From the human T2T-CHM13v2.0 reference genome, Homo sapiens: a DNA stretch of 64,000 nucleotides. A program made the translations under genes and the position numbers. Positions within the stretch are counted from its first letter, which is position 1. The number at the start of each line of letters is the position of its first letter. The notes under the pieces were generated by a model. That model did not search any database. It saw only the letters and a list, made by a program, of their open reading frames with translations, and was not told where the DNA came from. Shown here one piece after another: positions 44,923 through 55,959 of the stretch. The stretch lies in NCBI RefSeq assembly GCF_009914755.1, contig NC_060934.1; one strand, written 5' to 3'.

Positions 44923-45919
44923 GGAATAGACATCTAATAATTCTGACTCCGATGGTGCGTAGAGGTGCAGTCCTGAAGGTCCCTTCACTCAGCTCCCAGC
45001 TCCCACATCTGTGAAGTGTGGGGCTAAGGAGATGGCTCTGCGATTCCTTCCAGTGTCGGCACCGTCTTCTGTATTTCTGTTGTTTGAAGACTTGAATGGA
45101 GGGAGGAAAGCACGTGAACATGTTGAAACCTGTGGGTCCAGGATTCTTAGATGGTTGGAAAATAAGACAATTGACTATACAAGATGAATAGCAAACACCC
45201 CCCATGTATATGATTCTTACTGTTTAATTCTTAGGAAAAGTGTTATTCTGGATCTCAGTTCTATGTAACACAGAGTTATTAAATGCACTTTATGGATCAT
45301 TTATTTAATGTGACCAAACTAAAAATTAAGAAGTACATTACTCTGTTCATAAAAATGAATGTTTTCAATGGACAAATTCATTCTTGTATTTGCATCTTGC
45401 TTTAATGTAGAGCTGTAATGGGGTTATGGTCAGATATTCTGCTTGGGCATTTATAAGCTGATAATGCTTATTGAATACCTTTTATAAAGATTAATATTTT
45501 TTACTCTGTCCTCATTACCAGAGCATTAATCATCCTGGCTTCGGCCCTTGCAGCTGAGGATGAACAGATGTTGAATTATTGCTGTCTGTAATCATTGTGG
45601 ATCACACTGGGGAAGGGCCGTGAAAGGGTGGCTGGTGTGATCTTCACAGCTGATTTGCATGGAGCCTGGCTACCTTTATAGCTCTGTGCATGGCAGAGGA
45701 AACCAGGATAGCTGTGCCAGCTGATTCTAGCTTCCTCGTAGGTCACCGTAGCCTAAGTCAGCACTGACAAGCACTGGCGGTCCTGGAGTCACGTACGTGT
45801 GACAGGGTGTCTGATAAGAGAGAGCTGTGGCCATGACTCTGCTTACAATAAATGCCAGTTCATAAAAATGAGAAGTCACATACAAGGTCTTTAACATCGG
45901 CTTTCTAGCATTCTCTGAG

Positions 45920-46398
45920 ACTGTGCTGTCCAGCAGAAATAGAATGTGAGCCGTGTATGTAATTAAAAATATTCTAGTTGCCACATTTTAAAAAATGAGG
46001 CAATTGATGAAATGAATTTTAGCAATGTATTTTGTCTAAAACATCACTGCAACGTGAATTCTCTCTAAATATTACTAATGATACATATTTTACATTCTTT
46101 TTATGATATGAAGTCTCTGAAGTCCAGTATTTTACACTTACAGCACATCTCTGTTTGGATGTGAAATTTTCACCAGACACTTGATCTTTATTTTCATCAT
46201 TGAATATAATTTACCTTTGAAAAATGAGATTCACATACCCCAATTGTTCCAAACATTGGTTTCTAACAAGTAAATCAAGTAGCACTTTTTACATTTGAGT
46301 TTATATTAATTACAATTAAATAACATTAAAAATTCCTTTCCTCCATGGCACTAATTAGATTTCACATGCTCAGAGGTTTCCATGTTGGGTATCACAGC
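45920..46398. mobile_element. MER33/Charlie-type DNA transposon
   Basis: ctgtgctgtccagcagaaatagaatgtgagcc...ttttacacttacagcacatctc. Confidence 0.75.
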
Positions 46399-47025
46399 TC
46401 TGAGGTATTAGTTTTCTTTTGTGTCCTTTTAGTTGAACAGCTGACTTTGTATAATACTATACCTTCTGTTAACCACCATTTGTTGTAGGCTCATATTTGC
46501 TAAATACACACATCGTATCATTTAGTTCTCAGTCAACCTGGGAGACGACCAACAGCATCCCCATTTTGCACATTAGAAAAATTAAGACCTAGAGAGTTTA
46601 AGTAACTCTTAAACGCTCTAGATACAAAGCAAAGAGCCAGCAGGGGGGATTGCATTATTTCTTTATACGTGTGGGTAAACTGATTAAAAGGCTTTCCCCA
46701 AATCCCATAAAGTGACCCAGGTTCCTGGACTTCTGGTCAAGTGTTTGTTCCAGAGTATTCAAAAGATGATGTGTTTTTCTTTAAAATATAAGACCCCTCC
46801 TCCTTTTTTTTTTTTTTCTCCTGGTGGATTATTTGTTGGCTTCCCAGGCCATCTGTTTTGGAACTAATGGGACTATCAGTGCCAAACCTGTAGAAATGAC
46901 ATTTTGTCCATGGGAAAAGTATTCAGGACATTTAGGTGTGTTGTCCATAGGAAGATAGGAGATTCCTCTTCCTTGGCTGCCAGAGACAGCTGTTCATGCT
47001 TTAAAATAGGTCATTGTAGGGTATA

Positions 47026-47031
<6 letters not shown>

Positions 47032-47069
<38 letters not shown>

Positions 47070-47100
47070 TATCTGTCCGTCTGTCTGTCCATCTGTCTGT
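47032..47100. repeat. (TG)18 followed by degenerate (TCTG/TCCA)n
   Basis: Read directly. Confidence 0.97.
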
Positions 47101-50100
47101 TTTTGTAGTATACGTTCCTCAGTGCTCTTGATTTGCTATCTTAAGACAAAATTCAAGAGTCTTACTGTTACTTAAAACGTGTACTCCCACCACTTCTTGA
47201 AAAAACCTATCTGTAGACAGAAATATAGAGTAAGAGAAGTCCCTTAAAAAATGAGGTTTTAAGAAATTTATGTTTTTGCTTTTGGGGAAGGCAGCTGAGT
47301 GGCTACTGTACTGGATAGTGCAGCTGTAAGGCTTTAGTTTTCTTTGTATATTTTTAGTTGAAAAGGCTGACTTTGTATACTGATATTTGTATTATTGTTA
47401 TTAACAGCTACCATTTCTTGAGGGTTGAGAGTGGCAGACCTGCTTTTAACTGCAGACTTTAGTTTGATACCACATGTGCGTAATTGCAAGTTAATCCAAG
47501 ACACACACACTCATACCACCACTATCATCAGGCCTTGGTTTATGTGCTTGGATATGCCATTTAAGAAAAATAGGAAGGCTTCTGCTCTTATGGAGATTGC
47601 ATATCAGCAAGGAGGAACAGATAATTAAAGCAATCAGTATTTCAGTGTTCCGATAACGGGGCATTGGAGGCCTTCCTGTACCTGGGTCCAGTGGGGGCTG
47701 TGCTGAGGCCAGCAGATCACAGGTCACCAGGGAGGTGCACTCCTTGGCTTTGCTGCCTTCAGCTTCGGTCCTCCCACCCTCTCCTAGTGGCTCTGGGGAA
47801 TTGCCTTTCTTTGGGGGCCTGGGATGGGTTGCTGTGGACCAGGTGACGGACGGTACTGTAAGGTGCCATAGCCCGTGTGACCCTCTGCCTGGAGGCATGG
47901 TTGAAATCCCTGGCATGGGCAGACTGACCTTTGGCCTTTAGGGAAAGAGCCTCGTTGCCAGCCTGGTCCTCCTCAGTGACCTGGTTCTGTTTTGGGGTCG
48001 GGGTGGAGTTTCCTGATGCTGATGGTGCCGGGGGAGACCTCTCACTGAGGCATGTTGGATGGCTTTTTACACAGTCCTTCCTCAAGCAGCATCTCATTTT
48101 GTCTCGACAGTTAAAGTAGACATCGCCCCACCTCCCCACTTGATCTTGACTGGCCATGGATGGCTGGGTCATGAAGGCTGAGGTGCAGTTGGATTCTGGT
48201 CTATCAGGATGGTTATAACAATTTTTTTTTTTTTTTTTACATCTTCTTGGGGGCTTAGTGAATGAAATGTCTGTATTGGGACAAAATGACAGTGACATTT
48301 CTAAAAGTTTTGTTGTTTCTCATCAGGAGAGGCTGGATAGCAAACAGGTGAAGGTAGCGCAGTCCTCCAGGTGGGGTGGATGGTGAACGTTACCACCAGG
48401 TAACCAAAGATGGTTGATAGCATCCCCCAGCCAAAGATGAACAGACAGACACCTCTTTCTTCTCACCAGAGTAATTCTAACAAATGAGACCAGCACACTC
48501 AATTAGCTCTGAGAATAGCACAGACCACAACTGCCTACCCAGCATGACAGATAAATGGTGCGGTGAGGGATGAATTTAGGCCAGGACATCTGGGTACCAG
48601 AGCCTACAGGGCCAGCTCTGCTGTTTCTGAGCCCAGTGCTATGTTCCTCTGATTTTCTGGAATCACTTATGGACACACCCTCCTTCCAGCCTGTACTGGC
48701 TGGTCCGTTAGACCTTTTCCCTCTCTTGGGTCCATCCTAAGCTTGCTTCAGAAGACGGCTTCTAAGCTTATGTAGTCATTTTTTTCCTTAGTCACATTGT
48801 CAGGGGCTGTCATTACCTGCTCAGGTTTTAGTGGTTCTAACTGCTGCCTCTGAGGTTTCTTGGAAATTCAGCTTGTTTCCAGAATGGTGGCAGTGCTAGG
48901 GATGACCAAGTGACAGGGTTGGGCCAGGGCTCTCCCCATGTTGAGGTTGGCACAGTGTGTGATGTGTTTCCAGCCAAAGGGCAAGAGGACTCATTTGGGA
49001 GATATTATGGTGGGCACCACGAGGAAGAGTGCTGGCAGGGCGGGGCTCAGATAAGGGTGTGCTGAGGAAGCATTCCAGCCAGCTGGGCTAGAGCATTTGG
49101 AGTTAAACCCTACGTCGGATGCTGTGTTGTGGTTAAGGTCAGCAGCTCAAGAGTCACTAAAGTTGGATGTAGTTTGTAAACATCGAGGTTCTATAGGAAA
49201 GGCATTGAGATTTGGGGGTATTTGTGGAAATAGTGTGTCCCATGTGTTAGCGTTTCCAGGCTGGATTCACTCCCATGAGGTCATTTTCTTGTTCATTTCT
49301 CTTAGACTGGCTTTGTTCTCGGGTGGCTCTAACACTAGGGCAGTCTCCTACACGGGCAGCCCATCTTGGCACTGTGCTCTCCCTCACTGACCTCCTGTGG
49401 GATTCCAGACACCACAGCCTTCGAGGCTGACCTGGCCTCTTTCCAGAAGATGTGCAGCTCTTAGCACGTCATACATTTCTTCTGCCTAAGTGTTGACTAC
49501 TGGCATTGTGAAATTAACAGGTACATTCTTATTTTCCTTTATTAATTGGACAAAACTTCTTGTAAAAATGGAGTTGCTCTCACTCCTTTCTTGGCGAATC
49601 AACAAAAAATGGAATTGGGGAAGGCCTTGGCCATGAGCCGCCCACATGTGATCCGCTGGAGACAGGGGAGTAGAGGGGTTTGTGTTTCTTCTCAGTCTTT
49701 GTTTCTCTCTGCCTGCTCCCCAGTCCTTCATTACAGTGTAGTTCTTGGGAAAGTTCTAAGTGTGCTCTGTGTACTTAGAGGAACCATTCCAATGTTGCAT
49801 GCTTATAGTTTTCTTATATAAAAGAAACATTAATGCAAAACATGTTTTAATGTATCTTTAATGTTGTAAGTCTTAAAATATAAAATCCTGAAAACCGGCT
49901 AAGTCTGTTTAAGGTTTTAGAGCACTGCTGTCTCCTCTTGTGCTCTGCGTTTAAAGGAAACAAGAATGGCTGGGCTAGTGTCAAAACACAGAACTGGTGT
50001 TGTAAATAGATAGTCCATGCTGGAGAGTGGATGATGCTCCAGCTAAGCTGGATTTCCCAACTGGAAGAGACAATTAGGGATTGCATTTCACCTTTCATTG

Positions 50101-50512
50101 TATTTGTATCTGTTTCCCTGTTGCTCTGTTATTTTCTGAACATCCTTCCTCTGTGCTTATTGAAAGAACAAATGGAAACCCAAACCTGCTTTGCCTCTGA
50201 TCCTTACACCATGGCATCCCTTCATTTTATAGCCATGCGTCCCAGAGTGGGGCCTCTGCACCTGCTTTTCATTTCCTGTTCCTCCTCAGCCCACTCCAGG
50301 AAGCTGTCTTGAGAAGGATTCTGTGTGCCTTAAATTGCCACATTCCAAGATTGGCATCTTCTACCTAGGAGAAGGAAATCATACTTTGGCTCACCTTGGC
50401 ATAGATGAGAAAAGCTGCAATTCAAATAATTTGTGTTGTAGGAAGTATTTCTTTTAATGTTGCAAATTAGTGAATTTGTAGTTAGAGAAAATTCATTAAA
50501 AAACCCGTGTGT

Positions 50513-50732
50513 GGCTAACATGGTGAAACCCCATGTCTACTAAAAATAAAAAAAAAAAATTAGCTGGGCGTGGTGGCAGGCACCTGTAGTCCCAGCTACT
50601 CAGGAGGCTGAGGCGGGAGAATGGCGTGAACCTGGGAGGCGGAGCTTGCAGTGAGCCGAGATCACACCACGGCACTCCAGCCTGGGCGACAGAGCAAGAC
50701 TCCGTCTCAAAAACAAAACAACAACAAAAAAC
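50513..50732 (+). mobile_element. 5'-truncated AluY with intact TSD
   Basis: Starts at ggctaacatggtgaaacccc; aatggcgtgaacc and ggagcttgcagtg Y diagnostics; TSD aaaaaaccc(g/a)tgtgt (50498-50512 and 50733-50747). Confidence 0.93.
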
Positions 50733-51065
50733 AAAAAACCCATGTGTGTTTGTGTCTGCATTTATGTGCACACAGTGGGATATAAGTGTGTGTGTGTTTA
50801 TATATATCATGTATGCTTGCAAATTATTATCTGTTTACCTGGGATACACACATAGATGCATGGAAGTGTGTTTGTATGTGAATTATTTACAATAACAGCA
50901 GACACGGTGTTCTCACAGTCAAGTAATTGACCCCCCTCCAGATGTCAGTTCCACGTGTTGCACAACGTGAATGCAAACTGCTTGAAAGGGCAGACAAGCT
51001 TATAGCAAACACGAGTTGCGTCTTGGTGGGTTTCACACTGACTGGCAATGCTGTGTCCTGTGTAG

Positions 51066-51193
51066 ACTGCAGAGAGATCCTGCTTCCCATGATGACCGAT
51101 CAGCTCAAGTACCATCTGGAGAGACAGGAGGACCTGGAGGCCTGCTGTCAGCTGCTCAGCCACATCCTGGAGGTGCTGTACAGGAAGGACGTG
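51066..51193 (+). CDS. DOCK1: DOCK1 internal coding exon (128 nt; probably exon 26): (D)CREILLPMMTDQLKYHLERQEDLEACCQLLSHILEVLYRKDV
   Basis: Acceptor gtcctgtgtAG, donor GTG|gtgagt. Lies in ORF 50927..51235; split codon G+AC gives Asp with the previous exon. Confidence 0.96.
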
Positions 51194-51587
51194 GTGAGTG
51201 TTGGCTCTGTGCGTGACGTCCTGCCATTTGCCTGAACCTGCCATTTGCCTTGCAGTACAACTTTATTCAGTTAAAAATGAACGGTCTTGATTTTAAGGTC
51301 TAGCCTCTCTTTTTGTCTCGGTAGAGTTGCACCCTTAAATTATTTTTATTTATGTATATATGGTGATTATTACAACATTTATCCTTTTGCATTGAAAATT
51401 GTTCTTTATTTCCTGTGTCTTCTCGACGAAATGTCTCTCAGGACCTAAATTTTCATCCTTAAGGTCAGACAAAAAGGCTTTGATGCTTAAAGTTGGCTAA
51501 TTATCTGCATTCTTTCTTCTTATTTTTATTAAAGTAATACATGCACAAAGTTAAAAATAAATAAATAAATAAAGCCAGGCATGCTGA

Positions 51588-51966
<379 letters not shown>

Positions 51967-52019
51967 TACCCTATTCCTTTTGCATTTCTAAATTGTATGC
52001 TTCTTTCAGGGACTTTTTA

Positions 52020-52325
<306 letters not shown>

Positions 52326-53258
52326 CTAGCCCTGGACAGAGTGGCCAGGATTTCTAAGTAGATAAGGCTTGTCCCTGGCCGTTTCCTGCGTGACCTTGAA
52401 AATCCCTCCTAGTCACCACGCCCATATACCTGGCCACCCACTCCCCTGTAGCCCTGGCTCATTCTCTCAGAGCCTGATTAGTGATCTGGAAGAAAAAGAT
52501 CGGATTAAATCTGTTCTTGGTGATGCTGGAAACCTCACCTCTTACAGGGGCATTGCCTTTGGAGAGGTCTTGGAGGCCTTCACCCAAAGGCCAGCCTCCA
52601 GTGGTCCCACTTCAGGCTCTTCCCTGTTTTTATTGGAGAAAAGCTTGGGGTAAGAGCTTGTATGGCCAAAGCTCACAGAGGAGGTGGTGATGCTGGGAAG
52701 GGCCTAGAGCATGTGTTTAAGCAGATTCATAGTTCACGAAGAAGAATCAACAATCGCATCCCACACTAATAAAAGAGTTAATTTTTACTGAATGCCACAG
52801 CAGTGTGAATTTTAGATAGTTTGCTAAATGCTGTTTAAACATTCTATCCTGTGTGACTGTTTAAGTTATTTGCATTTGACGTGCAGAACCATCTAGGACT
52901 GTTATCTGCCTGCCTTCCATTTACAGATGGCCAAATATCTTTAGAAAACTAATTGGTGGGCTAATCAGGGATCATAAACATTATATTGTTTAAACAGATT
53001 TTCTTTTATTTTTAAGGTTTGCTTAAATTAAATTACTATGATTATATATGTAACAAATTATCATTAATGGACTATAATTAATAAAATCCCCTGAGTTTTT
53101 TTGTGAGAGCTTTTGCCTTTGACAAGGGCCATTTTTCATCTCATTAAGGGTTATAATTGATTTACTCTTTACAGGGTAAATGGATTCAATGACAACCACT
53201 GGGGCTTGCATGTTAATGTTTCTCTGGTGTTGGTGTTCATTGGTGTGTCCTTCCCCAG

Positions 53259-53354
53259 GGGCCAACCCAGAGGCACGTCCAGATTATCATGGAGAAACTT
53301 CTCCGGACCGTGAACCGAACCGTCATTTCCATGGGACGGGATTCTGAACTCATT
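53259..53354 (+). CDS. DOCK1: DOCK1 internal coding exon (96 nt, phase 0-0; probably exon 27): GPTQRHVQIIMEKLLRTVNRTVISMGRDSELI
   Basis: Acceptor gtccttccccAG, donor ATT|gtaagt. 32 open codons continue the DOCK1 frame. Confidence 0.95.
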
Positions 53355-53958
53355 GTAAGTGCTTGGTGACATATGTTTGGATATTTAACTGGGGCTGACA
53401 GCATCCTTCTCCAACTGCTGTTTGAACATAGCTTATTATACTGCAATGTAGTGAGCAGTTGAGATACAGCTTGGTATATAAAATGTCCTCATTTTCCAAA
53501 TGAATGTCAAAGTTGAAGGGTAAGCAAACCAACTTTAAAGATGGAAACATTTGGCTCTTGTTTTCTCATTACTTACTTATAGCAAAAGACATGTATTTTC
53601 TGCTGAGTCGTCATTCTTCTGGCAGTTTCTCCATAGTGTTTACACTTAAGGTGCCATTAATAAAATTTTATGAAGGACCCTAAAAAGTAATTGAGATTCT
53701 TCACCTTAGTTATTTTATTGTCTACTCTAATGTATTGTAGGTGTTTTTCTTAAACAGTAATTAGGCAGGAGCCTATTCATTTTTTTCAAGAATATTTTAC
53801 TAATTTAGACAGTCCATCAAGTTTCTGATCATGGTGCCTTTTCCCAGGGTTCACTGCTGTCCTCCGCACCCCCTTACCTTAAGTCTGTTTCCTTCAGCAA
53901 AAAATGCATGAGTAGATCTCGTTTAATTTTTTTTTTTTTGAGGTTCAAGGGGTTATAA

Positions 53959-54461
53959 TTTCTTTCCTTTTTTTTTTTTTCTTTAATTTCTGGGATACAT
54001 GTGCAGAACATACAGGTTTGTTACGTAGGTATGCGTGTGCCATGGTGGTCTGCTGCACCTATCAACCCATCATCTAGGTTTTAAGCCCTGCATGCATTCG
54101 GTATTTGTCCTAATGCTCTCCCTCCATTTGCCCCCCACTCCCCAGCAGGCCCCGGTGTGTGTGGTTCTCCTCCCTGTGTGCATGTATTTTCATTGTTCAC
54201 CTCCCACTTATGAGTGAGAACATGTGGTGTTTGGTGTTCTGGTCCTGTGTTAGTTTGCTGAGAATGATGGCTTCCAGCTTCATCCATGTCCCTGCAAAGG
54301 ACATGAACTCATTCTTTTTTATGGCTGCATACTATTCCATGGTGTATAGGTGCCACATTTTCTTTATTCAGACACATGTACACGTATGTTTATTGCAGCA
54401 CTGTTTACAATAGCAAAGACTTGGAACCAACCTGAATGCCCATCAAAGATAGACTGGATAA
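53959..54461 (-). mobile_element. 5'-truncated L1PA with 5' inversion (twin-priming structure)
   Basis: L1 3'UTR antisense from the poly(T) to 54370, then 54371-54461 is the adjacent upstream L1 segment in the opposite orientation. Confidence 0.9.
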
Positions 54462-54838
54462 TGTTTAAAATATTTAGCACATGTTATCATTTAAGTCATC
54501 TTGGTGGATCCTTTCCAAAAAATGACTTGAAAGGAGAAAACGTCCTTTTGGAGTTTTCCCTTGACATCAGAGAAGGCACCCTGGTCCTTCCTGGTGCGTG
54601 ACCGTTGTTCTTGTTGCATATCTGGGGTGTGAACAGGGAGGTGATGTGCGTCTTCTTGGACAGCATAGTCAGAACGGAGCACTGGGGTCCTTTGCGTTTT
54701 TATGTCTGGTGTCACCACAGAGGACTCCGTGTCGTGTGCGTCACAGACAGGTCGCACAGATGGACAAATGCTGCCTTAGTGTGTTTCCATCCAGTGAAAC
54801 AGTTCATGTCTTAGAGCTTCAGCACATGTGAGGTTCAG

Positions 54839-54935
54839 ATTTTCCTTTTTAAAGTGTTTAAACTTAAAGTTTAAACTTAAACTCACATTTTCCTTTTTAA
54901 AGTGTTTAAACTTAAAGTTTAAACTTAAACACTTT
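54839..54935. repeat. Perfect 44-bp duplication (period 48) of an AT-rich palindromic unit
   Basis: attttcctttttaaagtgtttaaacttaaagtttaaacttaaac at 54839-54882 and 54887-54930. Confidence 0.95.
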
Positions 54936-55159
54936 TAAGTTTGGATTACAACATGTATGAATCAGGAAATAAAATGTTTCCATGTAAATTGGCTTTATTT
55001 ACAGTAGACTTTTCCATTATTACATAAACGTAAATTTGCCTGCCTTTTCTTATTCTCCATGATAATTATTCATAGTCTTGAAACACATTTGGAACACATT
55101 AATATGGAATGGGCACTGAGCCCATGGAGAAGGATTTGCAGTGACTCCACGAGCCACCT

Positions 55160-55222
55160 GTTGACCCCTGAGGTCTGGCGTTGACCCCTGATGTCCAGCG
55201 TTGACCCCTGACGTCTGACGTT
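55160..55222. repeat. 20-bp tandem repeat x3
   Basis: gttgacccctgaggtctggc / gttgacccctgatgtccagc / gttgacccctgacgtctgac. Confidence 0.92.
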
Positions 55223-55454
55223 CCTGTCTTCTTGGAGTCGTGCCGCAGGTGCACTCTGCACAGTCTCAGGAGTGGAACTGGAAAGGGCCTTATGTAGAGC
55301 AAAGAGCATGTGGCTTGAACTTGAACCAAGTGTGGTTCTGCCAAGACCCTCTTGGGATGGGCGGACTTAGAGAGGCTGGGGATGACATGATGGCATGCAG
55401 GGGTGGTGGCAGATGAGGGAGAGGGTAGAAGTGGAGGCAGGTGGTCTCATGAGA

Positions 55455-55650
55455 CTGTTTTGTCTCTGTTTAGGGGAGCATGGTTCTGCCTGTGCTTAGG
55501 GAAACATGGTTCTGTCTCTGGTTAGTGGGTCTTGGTCCTCTCTCTCCGATTAGGAGGTCCTGTCTCTGGTCAGGGGGGCACAGTCCAGTCTCTGGTTAGG
55601 GGGTGTGGTCCTGTCTCTAGTTGGGGCACAATCCTGCCTCCAGTTAGGGT
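55455..55650. repeat. Degenerate ~25-bp minisatellite
   Basis: Recurring ggtcctgtctctggttaggggg-like units. Confidence 0.7.
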
Positions 55651-55654
55651 CTTC

Positions 55655-55959
<305 letters not shown>

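Noticed and set aside
50927-51065. Open frame extending upstream of the DOCK1 exon
   Set aside because: The phase and known DOCK1 peptide (…TQH-D-CREIL…) fix the acceptor at 51065/51066; the upstream open frame is intronic coincidence.
55160-55222. Regularly spaced repeats resembling a CRISPR array
   Set aside because: Primate intron, 12-nt core with 8-nt mutually similar spacers and no cas genes; it is a minisatellite.
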